A stretch of 64,000 bases of DNA, taken from assembly GCA_963740085.1 (NCBI GenBank), contig CAVUCU010000004.1, positions 576,001 to 640,000 on the forward strand, read 5' to 3'. Shown piece after piece: positions 39,119 to 49,060 of the stretch. Positions within the stretch are counted from its first letter, which is position 1. The number at the start of each line of letters is the position of its first letter. The DNA comes from Nitrospirota bacterium. Lineage in GTDB: Bacteria > Nitrospirota > UBA9217. Both the position numbers and the translations under genes were made by a program. The notes under the pieces are model-generated. The model worked only from the letters and a program-made list of their open reading frames with translations. It made no database searches and was not told where the DNA came from.

Positions 39119-40078
39119 CTACAATTGATCGTACATCCCTAATTTTCTGAACTTCTCATATCTTCGCTTCACGAGTTCGTCCGACGGCGTATTCTTGATC
39201 TCCGCAAGGTTCCTGGTAACGGCTTCTTTGAGCAATTCCGCGGCCCTTCGCGCGTCACGGTGCGCCCCGCCGATCGGCTCCTCCACAACTTCATCGATCA
39301 CTTTCATATGGAAGAGGTCCTGCGCCGTGATCTTGAGCAGTTCAGCGGCCTCGCTCGCCTTTGCGCCATTGTTCCAGAGGATGGTGGCACACCCTTCGGG
39401 GGAGATGACAGAATAGGTGGCGTGTTCAAGCATGAGCACGCGATCGGCAACTCCCAGGGCGAGCGCTCCGCCGCTCCCGCCTTCGCCGATCACCACCGCG
39501 ACTATGGGGACCTTGAGCAGGGACATGACAGAGAGGTTACGGGCGATGGACTCTCCCTGGCCCCGTTCTTCCGCGCCAATGCCGGGATAGGCGCCCTGGG
39601 TATCGATGAACGTGACGATGGGTTTATTGAACTTCTCTGCGAAGCGCATCAGGCGCAATGCCTTGCGATAGCCCTCTGGATTCGGCTGTCCGAAGTTGCG
39701 GCGCACCCGTTCCTTGAGAGTCCTGCCTTTCTGGTGGCCGATGATCACGATCGGCATCCCGTCCAGTTTTGCCATGCCGCAGACAATGGCCGGATCGTCG
39801 GCAAAACTGCGGTCACCGTGCATCTCCGTGAAATCGGTGAGCATGGCCTCGATGTAGTCAAGGGTATATGGGCGGTTCGTGTGGCGCGAGATCTGAACCT
39901 TCTGCCATGGTGATAGCCGCGAATAGATCTCGGCCAGCAGCTGATCGGATTTTTTCTGGAGCTTAAGGATCTCCTCTTCGAGGTCGATGTTCCCGTTCGA
40001 CGTGAAGAGCGTCAGCTCCTCGATCTTTTTTTCCAGTTCCGCGATCGGTTTTTCAAACTCCAGATATTCAGCCGGCAA
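39119..40078 (-). CDS. accA: Acetyl-CoA carboxylase carboxyltransferase alpha
   Basis: LEFEKPI, GHQKG, PEGYRKALR, GEGGSGGAL, YSVISPEGC; TTG start with SD AAGGAG. Confidence 0.97.
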   Translation of the reverse strand: MPAEYLEFEKPIAELEKKIEELTLFTSNGNIDLEEEILKLQKKSDQLLAEIYSRLSPWQKVQISRHTNRPYTLDYIEAMLTDFTEMHGDRSFADDPAIVCGMAKLDGMPIVIIGHQKGRTLKERVRRNFGQPNPEGYRKALRLMRFAEKFNKPIVTFIDTQGAYPGIGAEERGQGESIARNLSVMSLLKVPIVAVVIGEGGSGGALALGVADRVLMLEHATYSVISPEGCATILWNNGAKASEAAELLKITAQDLFHMKVIDEVVEEPIGGAHRDARRAAELLKEAVTRNLAEIKNTPSDELVKRRYEKFRKLGMYDQL

Positions 40079-40172
40079 ATCCCGCTCCTTAGAATCCCCT
40101 CGATGACTCAAAAACACATATGCCGCTCATGATGACGCGGCAGATATAATTATTTCACATTAATTGCAACTT

Positions 40173-40201
40173 ATTATCGGATATTAAAGGGGCATTGTCA
40201 A
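40173..40201 (-). promoter_or_regulatory. Sigma70 promoter of accA
   Basis: TTGACA-17-GATAAT on the minus strand. Confidence 0.6.
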
Positions 40202-40346
40202 GGGTTTGTTCATAAGACGCGATACCAGTGGAGGAAACGGTCGTTCAGAAGGCGAGAACCGGATACGGTACACGCTTTCTTGCCTGGTAGTATCGGTATT
40301 AGTGGGAAATCGCGTACTACTTGAACTTTACGACTTTTACTTGGGG

Positions 40347-40375
40347 TTGACAAAAGACCACAAAAATAACATAAT
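40347..40375 (+). promoter_or_regulatory. Sigma70 promoter of the REC-PilZ gene
   Basis: TTGACA-17-CATAAT. Confidence 0.65.
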
Positions 40376-40443
40376 GCTGCGTAAACCGTCTTTTAGTGAC
40401 CTCAGCGGAAGCTGATATTGGAACCGTCAACCAGGAAGGGGAC

Positions 40444-41190
40444 ATGACTAAATCCAGCATAACGAATACCGAAGGGCGTAAAAGCCGCTTCCTTCTCGTG
40501 GTGGACAGCAACGCAAATGATCTTATCTATGTCTCCATGCTCCTGCAACGATTTGAATACAATATCTGTACTGCCAAGACAGGGGTGGAAGCCGTTGAAC
40601 TGTCGTCCGTCTCTGTCCCCTCCCTTATTATCGCCGATATGGACCTCTCTGACATGAAGGGACTCGAACTGATCAAGAGGCTCAAACGAGAGCAGCGTAC
40701 GGCAAACATCCGGGTCATCGTCAAGATTGTGAAACACACATCTGAGAAGGAAAGACTCTGCGTTCTGGCGGGGGCCTTCGCCTGCATACGAAATCCGGTC
40801 CAAGCCGAGGATCTTTATCGTGCTGTTCAGGCAGCCATCGAGTCCACGCCTCGCAAGACCATCCGCATTCCCACGCACTTGCCGGTGTCCGTGAACAACG
40901 TGCAGCTTGATACTGGTGAAGGCGAATTTGTCTCGGTCCTGTCTGAAAATGGCATGTTCATCCGGACGCTAAAACCATATCAACCCAAATCATCGGTCAA
41001 CGTGCAGATCACGATAAAGGACCACAGCATCAAACTCGAGTCCGTGGTCCTTTACTGTCACAAATTCGAAGAGGGGCTCTATAGAGAGCCCGGCATGGGT
41101 CTTCAATTTACCCGCATCGCATTTCGAGACCAGTCGATAATCCAGCAATTTATCATTGAAGAGATCAATCGAGGTATCAAGGCTCTCTAA
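40444..41190 (+). CDS. Response regulator receiver + PilZ domain protein
   Basis: REC fold (LLVVD, LIIAD), RKTIR, LSENGMFI, GMGLQF. Confidence 0.8.
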   Translation: MTKSSITNTEGRKSRFLLVVDSNANDLIYVSMLLQRFEYNICTAKTGVEAVELSSVSVPSLIIADMDLSDMKGLELIKRLKREQRTANIRVIVKIVKHTSEKERLCVLAGAFACIRNPVQAEDLYRAVQAAIESTPRKTIRIPTHLPVSVNNVQLDTGEGEFVSVLSENGMFIRTLKPYQPKSSVNVQITIKDHSIKLESVVLYCHKFEEGLYREPGMGLQFTRIAFRDQSIIQQFIIEEINRGIKAL

Positions 41191-41377
41191 GGGATCAACC
41201 GCCGAGAAGTACGTAAAATTCAACGTTAGTTAAGGCTTTTAAAGAACACGGGGCACTACTGAGAGGCCTCTCTGCTCAAGGTTGCACAGCTTCACAATGG
41301 TCCCTTGAAGTGTACACATGACTTATGATAAGATGTATCATTAATCTCAATTCTGACATCAGGAGGATATAAATCGT

Positions 41378-42376
41378 ATGGATAAGGTATCTTACAAGGA
41401 TATCGGTCTGGTCACGACTACAGAGATGTTCGCCAAGGCAATGAAGGGCAGGTACGCGATCCCGGCGTATAATTTCAATAACATGGAGCAGCTTCAGGCC
41501 ATTGTCATGGGATGTGTTGAATCGAAATCACCGTTCATCCTGCAAGTCTCGAGCGGTGCCCGGAAATATGCGAACCAGACCCTCCTGCGTTTCCTGGCCA
41601 TGGGAGCGGTCGGGATGATCAAAGACGCCAATTCACCAGTGAAGTTCTCTCTCCACCTGGACCACGGTGATACCTTCGAGCTTTGCAAATCGTGCATCGA
41701 CTCGGGATTCTCCTCGGTCATGATCGACGGGTCCCATCATTCATACGATGATAACGTGAAGTTGACCAGACAGGTGGTCGAATACGCACACGCCAACAAC
41801 GTTGTTGTGGAGGGAGAACTGGGCCAACTGGCAGGTATTGAGGACGCGGTCTCGGCTGAGAAGTCCACCTATACGAAACCCGAAGAGGTCGAGGACTTTG
41901 TGAAAAAAACGAACGTCGATTCCCTGGCCATCTCTATCGGTACATCCCACGGCGCCATGAAGTTCAAACCTGCCCAGTGTACGCGTGACTCGCGGGGGGT
42001 ACTGGTTCCGCCGCCGTTGAGGTTCGACATCCTCGAAGAGATCGAGAAGCGGATCCCGGGCTTCCCCATCGTACTGCACGGGGCCTCTTCGGTGATCCCC
42101 GAGTACGTCGAGATCATCAACAAGAACGGCGGGGCACTCAAGGACGCTGTAGGCATCCCCGAGGAACAGCTCAGGAAGGCTGCGCGAAGCGCCGTCTGCA
42201 AGGTCAACATTGACAGTGACGGCCGCCTCGCTATGACGGCGCTGATCCGGAAAACCCTGACCGAAAAGCCCGCGGAGTTCGATCCGAGAAAATACCTCGG
42301 CCCGGCACGTGACGAACTGATCAAGATGATCATCCATAAGAACAAAGAAGTGCTCGGCTCGGCGGGACAGGCCTAG
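41378..42376 (+). CDS. fba: Fructose-1,6-bisphosphate aldolase class II
   Basis: LHLDHG, SVMIDGSH, EGELG, GTSHG, VLHGAS. Confidence 0.96.
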   Translation: MDKVSYKDIGLVTTTEMFAKAMKGRYAIPAYNFNNMEQLQAIVMGCVESKSPFILQVSSGARKYANQTLLRFLAMGAVGMIKDANSPVKFSLHLDHGDTFELCKSCIDSGFSSVMIDGSHHSYDDNVKLTRQVVEYAHANNVVVEGELGQLAGIEDAVSAEKSTYTKPEEVEDFVKKTNVDSLAISIGTSHGAMKFKPAQCTRDSRGVLVPPPLRFDILEEIEKRIPGFPIVLHGASSVIPEYVEIINKNGGALKDAVGIPEEQLRKAARSAVCKVNIDSDGRLAMTALIRKTLTEKPAEFDPRKYLGPARDELIKMIIHKNKEVLGSAGQA

Positions 42377-42389
42377 AAGCAGGCCGTTG

Positions 42390-42794
42390 ATGAAAAGTAA
42401 TGATCCTTTTCAACAGCCTTTTCTTTTACCGGACCGGCTATTGAGCGCTCGGAGCTCGTTGTCTGACTATGACGAAAATGACAAAAAAGAGCTTCACCTG
42501 CTTGTCTCGTCGACCGGTGACGCCTCGAACTGCGATCTCTCAGGGGCCGATCTGACCGGCATGGAACTTCTCGGCCTCCGGTTCGATGGATCAAATCTCA
42601 AAGGAACGAACTTGAGCAGCGCAATCCTGAGCGGATCGAGTTTCAGGAACTGTGACCTGTCAGGGTGCGATCTGAGCAGCTCAAACTTCACCTGTGCAAG
42701 GTGCGCATCAATCGGACGGACCTTACCCGTGAAACTCAAGAATGTAAAACACGATGAAGCATTGAAGGAACTGATGTCAAGATTTTCTCTTTAA
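42390..42794 (+). CDS. Pentapeptide repeat protein (possibly degraded)
   Basis: CDLSG ADLTG, SNLKG TNLSS AILSG, CDLSG CDLSS. Confidence 0.6.
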   Translation: MKSNDPFQQPFLLPDRLLSARSSLSDYDENDKKELHLLVSSTGDASNCDLSGADLTGMELLGLRFDGSNLKGTNLSSAILSGSSFRNCDLSGCDLSSSNFTCARCASIGRTLPVKLKNVKHDEALKELMSRFSL

Positions 42795-42970
42795 ATAAAG
42801 CACAGGTCAGCGTCGGCGGAAAAAACTACGGCTGGAAAATCCTGGAAGATATTCATTGCTGCAACGCATCATCGTGCGACAGCGAAGAGGTGAAGGGATG
42901 AAGGGATGATCGGCTGTGGAGAGCGCGGGAAGAAATACTCCCGAACTTACTAAGATCAAATACGTTTTCT

Positions 42971-43366
42971 CTAGACAGGTTCCTGTTTTAAAGATTCAAG
43001 CTGCATTGCGACGAACCGTCCCAGGTCCTTGAGCGGTTCACGTGGACCTGATTGTGCAACCTGATTTTTAACACCCGATACCGAATCATGGGGCATGGGA
43101 GAAAATCGAATGCCTGACCGGTACAAAGACCCAACTTGTTTACTCCAAAGCAGCATGCCGCTCTGTTGCCCCCAGATCCGGTTCCTGAACAAGACAAGGC
43201 CGGGTTCCATGGGCGTATTTGATTCGATTCCGACGCCACTATTGCTTATGTCTACGATAGAAGCATGGTAATCTGTCCGTTCGATCTGTTTTGACGCATA
43301 AATCCCCAGGTCGCATTCCTTCTTTACCATGATTGGCTGTCGTTGTGATTTCCTGCTGTCGTCCAT
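42971..43366 (-). CDS. Stand-alone PilZ-like protein
   Basis: RKSQR and DISNSG match RxxxR / DxSxxG; GIRF. Confidence 0.7.
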   Translation of the reverse strand: MDDSRKSQRQPIMVKKECDLGIYASKQIERTDYHASIVDISNSGVGIESNTPMEPGLVLFRNRIWGQQSGMLLWSKQVGSLYRSGIRFSPMPHDSVSGVKNQVAQSGPREPLKDLGRFVAMQLESLKQEPV

Positions 43367-43599
43367 TTTTTTATTATACAGAAAAACTCCAAAAAGGAAA
43401 GAAAATATTTTCGCTGCCTCGGGACATTTACTCTATAGACTATTGAGAAGAATTGAGCGATAATGTGATTAGTATATAAAATACATGTAGAGAACTTTCT
43501 CATACTTTTGAATTATCTATGCACTGTTTCCTTCCGGCAAAAGGAGTGCTAACCAGGAAACCTCTGAAATAAAACTCGCCCAGATTGAGATTGAAAGAT

Positions 43600-43622
43600 T
43601 TCTCTGTGTACTCTGCGGTGAG
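43600..43622. repeat. Single arm of the 9-bp palindromic repeat family
   Basis: TTCTCTGTGTACTCTGCGGTGAG matches 14369-14391 at 21/23. Confidence 0.55.
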
Positions 43623-43640
43623 CTTTGACCTTAAGGAGAA

Positions 43641-45179
43641 ATGATGAAAATCCTGCTCGTCTATCCCAAATATCCGGAAACGTTCTGGAGCTTTAAGTAC
43701 GCCCTGAAGTTCATTTCTAAAAAAGCGACTCTGCCGCCACTTGGGCTGCTGACCGTTGCGGCCATGCTGCCTGCTGAATGGGAAGTACGTCTCATTGACA
43801 AGAACGTGAAGAAACTATCGGACGCCGACCTTCTCTGGGCTGATTATGTTTTTTTAAGCGCGATGTCCATTCAGCGCGAGTCCACCGAGGGCATCATACG
43901 CCGATGCAAGTCGCTCGACGTTAGAATAATCGCCGGTGGTCCTCTGTTCACGTCTGTGCCGGAAGAGTTCAGCGATGTTGACCATCTCGTTCTGAATGAA
44001 GCCGAGATAACGCTGCCTCTCTTCCTTGCGGACCTCGAACAAGGGAAGGCTCAGCATATCTATACCTCTTCCGAATGGGCGGACCTTTCTACTACCCCCG
44101 TGCCTCGGTTCGACCTCCTGGACAAAAAAAGATACGCGTCCATGAACATCCAATATTCACGGGGCTGCCCTTTTGACTGCGACTTCTGCAACATTACCGT
44201 GCTCTACGGCCGTATTCCGCGGACCAAGGACACATCTCAGGTACTTGCGGAGCTGGATTACATTTATACGCGGGGGTTTCGGGGAAGTGTGTTCATTGTG
44301 GACGACAATTTTATCGGCAACAAGGGAAAGCTCAAGAAGGAAGTTCTTCCTGCCATTATCGACTGGATGGAGAAGCGGAGGCATCCCTTTACGCTGTACA
44401 CGGAAGCATCGATCAATCTTGCGGACGACGCGGAACTGATGAAGCTTATGGTCAGGGCGGGATTTGATCAGGTTTTTATCGGCATTGAATCGCCGAATGA
44501 CGAGAGCCTCGCCGAGTGCAGCAAGCTCCAGAACCGGAACCGCGACCTTGTCGCTTCTGTCAGGAAGATCCAACAGGCTGGAATGGAGGTCCAGGCGGGA
44601 TTTATCGTGGGGTTTGACAAGGACCCGGCATTGATCTTCGACCGGTTGATCGCGTTCATTCAGGAAAGCGGGATCGTGACCGCGATGGTGGGGCTTTTGA
44701 ACGCTCCACACGGGACCAAACTCTACGATCGTATGAAGGAGGAGGGGAGGCTCGTGATGTCCCCGACCGGCGATAACACGGACTTCTCGATCAACTTCAT
44801 CCCGAAAATGAGCAAGGAAGCCCTGCTGACCGGCTATAACACGATACTAAAAACGATCTATTCGCCGAAGCACTATTACGCGCGAGTAAAAACATTTTTA
44901 AAGGGTCACCACCCTGCCCAAATACGCAGCGGAAATTTCAGGTTTACTTATGTCATGGCCGGGTTCAAGTCCACGGTGCGCCTCGGCATTATTGGGAGGG
45001 AGCGGTACCAGTACTGGAAGCTCTTCTTCTGGTCCCTTTTCAGAAGGCCCAGGCTCTTTCCCCTCGCTATAACCCTGGCGATCTACGGGTTCCACTTCCG
45101 GAAGGTATTCAGTAAGCACGAAAAGGCTTTCCGTGCAGGCATCATGAAGCATAAAGCGAATGCGCATCTTCCGATGTAA
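43641..45179 (+). CDS. B12-binding radical SAM protein (DUF4070 type)
   Basis: PPLGLLTVAA, SRGCPFDCDFC, DDNFIGN, GFIVGFD. Confidence 0.92.
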   Translation: MMKILLVYPKYPETFWSFKYALKFISKKATLPPLGLLTVAAMLPAEWEVRLIDKNVKKLSDADLLWADYVFLSAMSIQRESTEGIIRRCKSLDVRIIAGGPLFTSVPEEFSDVDHLVLNEAEITLPLFLADLEQGKAQHIYTSSEWADLSTTPVPRFDLLDKKRYASMNIQYSRGCPFDCDFCNITVLYGRIPRTKDTSQVLAELDYIYTRGFRGSVFIVDDNFIGNKGKLKKEVLPAIIDWMEKRRHPFTLYTEASINLADDAELMKLMVRAGFDQVFIGIESPNDESLAECSKLQNRNRDLVASVRKIQQAGMEVQAGFIVGFDKDPALIFDRLIAFIQESGIVTAMVGLLNAPHGTKLYDRMKEEGRLVMSPTGDNTDFSINFIPKMSKEALLTGYNTILKTIYSPKHYYARVKTFLKGHHPAQIRSGNFRFTYVMAGFKSTVRLGIIGRERYQYWKLFFWSLFRRPRLFPLAITLAIYGFHFRKVFSKHEKAFRAGIMKHKANAHLPM

Positions 45180-45355
45180 TCTGGTGGATCGCAACGGCGA
45201 GGAGAGAACTTATTATTCTTTTTTCCGCCCTGTGCTGTTCATGCTATCAGGCTTCCTTTATCATTTACCAAGACAATAGTTTTATGCTATACTCCCCGCA
45301 TCAAAGAATTGAACCCAATAAAAATGGATTATTCTTCATTCCCTTTGACTGTTAG

Positions 45356-45652
45356 ATGAGCATGTCAAAAACACTTCCTTTATCACAACCGGGAACAAAT
45401 GCTGAAAAGGACACGCTTCACATCCCGTTGTATCAGGTGCTGCTTCATAATGACGATAACAATTCCATGGAGCACGTGATAAAGGCCCTGAAGCGAGTTT
45501 TTAAATTCGAATTTAGGGTTTGCGAACGGATCATGATGGAGGCACATCAGACCGGGATAGCGCTTTGTACTGTAGAGCCGCTGGAAAAGGCAGAGCACCA
45601 TCGGGACCAGCTTAGCTCTTTTTCATTGATTTCCACCATCGAACCGGAGTAG
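45356..45652 (+). CDS. clpS: ATP-dependent Clp protease adaptor ClpS
   Basis: YQVLLHNDD, IMMEAHQTG, STIEPE. Confidence 0.88.
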   Translation: MSMSKTLPLSQPGTNAEKDTLHIPLYQVLLHNDDNNSMEHVIKALKRVFKFEFRVCERIMMEAHQTGIALCTVEPLEKAEHHRDQLSSFSLISTIEPE

Positions 45653-45654
45653 CA

Positions 45655-46077
45655 GTGGTCAAGGGAAAATGCTTTTACAAGGATGGTATTCGTTTCGAAT
45701 GCCAGGGAGAGGGCAAGTGCTGCCTAACGCGCGGCAGATATGGTTACGTCTATCTGTCGTTCATCGATCGGAAACGCCTGGCAGCCCATTTCAGGATGTC
45801 CACAAGCGATTTTACCACCACCTTCACCCACAAGGTAGACGGGCTTTATGAATTGCGGTATACCGGCAAGGACTGCCCCTTTCTTCAGGACAAGCGCTGC
45901 CAGGTCTACGAAGCCCGGCCCTGGCAATGCCGCACCTGGCCTTTCTGGCCCGAAAACATGAACAACGTGGTGTGGGAGCAGGAGGTGGCTTCCTGGTGTC
46001 CCGGAGCGGGCAGGGGGAGGCTCTACTCCGCGGAAGAGATCGAGGAAATCCTTGCGAGGAAAAAGGACGCCTTATGA
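45655..46077 (+). CDS. YkgJ family cysteine cluster protein
   Basis: FECQGEGKCC, CPFL, CQVYEARPWQCRTWPFW, CPG. Confidence 0.9.
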   Translation: MVKGKCFYKDGIRFECQGEGKCCLTRGRYGYVYLSFIDRKRLAAHFRMSTSDFTTTFTHKVDGLYELRYTGKDCPFLQDKRCQVYEARPWQCRTWPFWPENMNNVVWEQEVASWCPGAGRGRLYSAEEIEEILARKKDAL

Positions 46078-46190
46078 CCCTTAAGACCGAAACGCCCCCT
46101 GATCAAGGTGGATCTGAATGCTTTTATTGTTGCTAAGCCGCAGGCCGGTGTAAAGCGTTATTGCCAGTCTGTTTTTCCCCGGAGACACCA

Positions 46191-47060
46191 ATGGAAAAGA
46201 AACCCTGTTTCTGCGTTGTCGATGATGATGAGTCGCTCCTGGACATTATGAAACGTTTTCTCGCAATGCAAGGGAATGTTTGTGATGTGTTTACCAGCGC
46301 CGAGGCGGCACTGGACCATCTCGCAGAAAAATCCTGCGATATCCTTATCACCGATATTGTAATGCAGGGGATGAAGGGGCTGCAGCTCACGAAGCAGGTA
46401 AAACTGTCGTGGCCGAATACAAACGTCATTGTCATGTCGGGATTCATTGATGATTATTCCTATGATCAGGCGATCGAGGCCGGGGCTTCGGATTTCATCA
46501 AAAAACCCTTTACCATACATGAGCTGATGGTCCGTATCAAACACGTTATGCTGCAGGAGAAGCTGCGGGAGATGTCGATCACCGACGAGTTGACCGGCCT
46601 TCTGAATAGACGCGGGTTCTTTGCCATCGCGCAGCAGCAGCTCAAAGTCGCAAAGCGGGTAAAAGGTAAAATGGCGCTGGTGTTTGCCGACATGGACGAC
46701 TTCAAATCAATAAACGACAAACTGGGACATCAAAAGGGCGATGAGGCATTGGCAGCGATGGCGGACATATTCAGGCGGTCCTTCCGTGATTCAGACCTTA
46801 TCGCCCGTATTAGTGGCGATGAGTTTGTCCTGCTCCTTCTTGATACGCATGAAGATAATTTCGACATCATTTTTCGCAGGCTGCAGATGAATATCGATTC
46901 GTTTAACGTCCAAACGGGGGGATTGTTCATACTTTCGCTCAGCATCGGCATGGCACTCTATGATTACAGCCGTCCATGTTCCATCGACGAGCTGCTGAAG
47001 CTGGCCGACAAGCGGATGTATGATCAGAAACAGCGGAAAAAGAATATCTGTCAAGCTTAG
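46191..47060 (+). CDS. Response regulator diguanylate cyclase (REC-GGDEF, SGDEF variant)
   Basis: REC with TD and KP, DELTGLLNRR, DFKSIND, I-site RDSD, SGDEF. Confidence 0.92.
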   Translation: MEKKPCFCVVDDDESLLDIMKRFLAMQGNVCDVFTSAEAALDHLAEKSCDILITDIVMQGMKGLQLTKQVKLSWPNTNVIVMSGFIDDYSYDQAIEAGASDFIKKPFTIHELMVRIKHVMLQEKLREMSITDELTGLLNRRGFFAIAQQQLKVAKRVKGKMALVFADMDDFKSINDKLGHQKGDEALAAMADIFRRSFRDSDLIARISGDEFVLLLLDTHEDNFDIIFRRLQMNIDSFNVQTGGLFILSLSIGMALYDYSRPCSIDELLKLADKRMYDQKQRKKNICQA

Positions 47061-47125
47061 CTCGACCCATTTTTATCATTTTTCAAGAGAACTCGTTTCA
47101 CCAGAAATCTTTTACTCACTATTAT

Positions 47126-47214
47126 GCCGCTGTGGCGAAATTGGCAGACGCAAGAGACTTAAAATCTCTCGACGGGCAACTGTCGTACCGGTTCGATTCC
47201 GGTCAGCGGCACCA
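47126..47214 (+). tRNA. tRNA-Leu(TAA)
   Basis: GCCGCTG acceptor stem, anticodon loop CT-TAA-AA, long variable arm, TTCGATT T-loop, CCA. Confidence 0.95.
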
Positions 47215-47221
47215 GAAATAG

Positions 47222-47250
47222 AAAAGATCGGCTGTTCAGCCGGTCTTTTT
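47222..47250 (+). terminator. Intrinsic terminator after tRNA-Leu
   Basis: AAAAGATCGGCTG-TT-CAGCCGGTCTTTTT. Confidence 0.75.
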
Positions 47251-47355
47251 ATATTTGTCGATGAGCGAAAGCGGCAAAGAGAGATCTTGAACAAGGAGAA
47301 GGCGTTTTTTAGATACTTCGGTTAAGTTACACGGTAACTATGAGCACACAGGGTC

Positions 47356-47384
47356 TTGACGAAAACGGCTGATTGTGGTAATTT
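47356..47384 (+). promoter_or_regulatory. Sigma70-like promoter of htpX
   Basis: TTGACG-17-TAATTT. Confidence 0.45.
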
Positions 47385-47428
47385 GTCCTACCAAGAAGTA
47401 ATGGTTTACAAGGAGATAGAGATAACAG

Positions 47429-48277
47429 ATGAACACGGTGAAAACGATTGGGTTAATGGTGTTTATGACCCTGCTTCTGGTATTCGTGGGAGCGGCTATC
47501 GGCGGCAGGGGAGGCATGGTAATGGCCTTCGCCGTGGCAGCGATAATGAACCTCGGGATGTACTGGTTCAGTGATAAGCTAGTTCTGAAGATGTACAAAG
47601 CGCAGCCGGTGACCGAAGCTGAGGCACCGGAACTCCATGCAATAGTGCGAACGTTGGTCCAGAAGGCCGGGATGCCCATGCCCAAGGTCTACATCATCCC
47701 GGATGAGACCTCAAACGCCTTTGCAACAGGCAGGAACCCCGAACATGCGGTGGTTGCCGTTACTCAGGGTATCATGAGGATACTCTCCCGAGAGGAACTC
47801 ACAGGCGTCATCTCCCACGAACTGGCGCATATCAAACACCGGGATATGCTTACAGGAACGATCGTAGCGACCTTCGCCGGCGCGATCAGCATGCTGGCGC
47901 AAATGGCGCAGTGGTCCATGATCTTTGGCGGCCGGCGAGATGATGACGACGGGAGCCCGATCGTGGCTCTCGTCATGATGATCGTGGCGCCCATTGCAGC
48001 GATGCTTGTGCAGATGGCCATTTCTCGCACCCGGGAGTTCGAAGCAGACAAGGGAGGCGCACAGATCGCAGGCAGCCCCTCGGGGCTGGCGAATGCCCTG
48101 CTGAAGCTGGAAAGGGGATCGCAGATCATTCCCATGACTGATGCGAGGCCCGCTACGGCACACATGTTCATTGTGAACCCGCTCACGGGCGGCGGTCTGA
48201 TGAAACTTTTCAGCACTCACCCTCCTATCGCTGAACGGGTGGCCCGGCTTAACGAGATGTCGCGGGGAATGAGGTAA
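47429..48277 (+). CDS. htpX: Zinc metalloprotease HtpX
   Basis: [27 protein letters not shown]. Confidence 0.97.
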   Translation: MNTVKTIGLMVFMTLLLVFVGAAIGGRGGMVMAFAVAAIMNLGMYWFSDKLVLKMYKAQPVTEAEAPELHAIVRTLVQKAGMPMPKVYIIPDETSNAFATGRNPEHAVVAVTQGIMRILSREELTGVISHELAHIKHRDMLTGTIVATFAGAISMLAQMAQWSMIFGGRRDDDDGSPIVALVMMIVAPIAAMLVQMAISRTREFEADKGGAQIAGSPSGLANALLKLERGSQIIPMTDARPATAHMFIVNPLTGGGLMKLFSTHPPIAERVARLNEMSRGMR

Positions 48278-48587
48278 AAGATCGCATCTGCATACCCGTC
48301 CTTCGTGATCAAGAACTATCCCTAATTGTGGAACATGTTCTTCAATACTGGAACGGTTGAGGTTCGGGCGGCGGAGAGTGGACATGCGGTTCTGAAATTC
48401 CTCCTGCCCGAGATCTTCAATGACTGGCTTCCGCCTGCTTGCCTGGGGTATTCAAAAAAAGGCCGTTGAGTTACAATAGCAGCATAAGAAATGAGAACCC
48501 TGCGGTCCTGCAAAGAAAAACAGTATCTTTCATAACTCACTGTTGTTTTATGATCTATAGTATAGCATTATAGAGAGGAGTGGCTGA

Positions 48588-48986
48588 GTGCGTTACAAAT
48601 ACATCGCCTATAAATATACTCGACGCGTGCTCCCGGATACCCCGTTCCAGAGCAGTTGGGAATCATTCGGTTCATGGCCGATGTATTCCACAATCGCGTG
48701 GCGTCCGCCTACAGATATATACGAAACTCCTGATGAGATCATCGTGGTGATCGAACTTGCCGGAGTGGACGACGAAGATATGACCGTCACGCTTTTCAGC
48801 GACCTGCTTATTGTTGAGGGGAGAAGGGAACAGCCGGTGACCGAAATGAGCGCCTGTCACCAGTTGGGAATCAAATACGGAGATTTCAGATCGGAAATTG
48901 TAATTCACGTCCCCGTAGACCATGACGCTGTGAAGGCGGACTACAAGAATGGATTGCTGAAGATCAGTCTCCGGAAGTGCGATTGA
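48588..48986 (+). CDS. Hsp20/alpha-crystallin small heat shock protein
   Basis: WRPPTDIYET, ELAGV, YGDF, ADYKNGLLKI; GTG start with SD AGGAG. Confidence 0.9.
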   Translation: MRYKYIAYKYTRRVLPDTPFQSSWESFGSWPMYSTIAWRPPTDIYETPDEIIVVIELAGVDDEDMTVTLFSDLLIVEGRREQPVTEMSACHQLGIKYGDFRSEIVIHVPVDHDAVKADYKNGLLKISLRKCD

Positions 48987-49060
48987 CTGCTAAAGACGGT
49001 ATCTTGAATATGCGAAAACGGTTAATGAACCTATTCAGCAAACAGACCAGGAGCAAACCA

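Noticed and set aside
40222-40295. Imperfect long stem between the divergent accA and REC-PilZ promoters
   Set aside because: Weak pairing, no recognised ncRNA motif, no own promoter or terminator
43519-43552. CIRCE-like half site GAGTGCTAA upstream of the radical SAM gene
   Set aside because: No TTAGCACTC 9 bp upstream, and the gene is not a chaperone
47126-47340. Integrated element at tRNA-Leu
   Set aside because: No integrase and no duplicated tRNA 3' end noticed; a terminator and htpX follow directly
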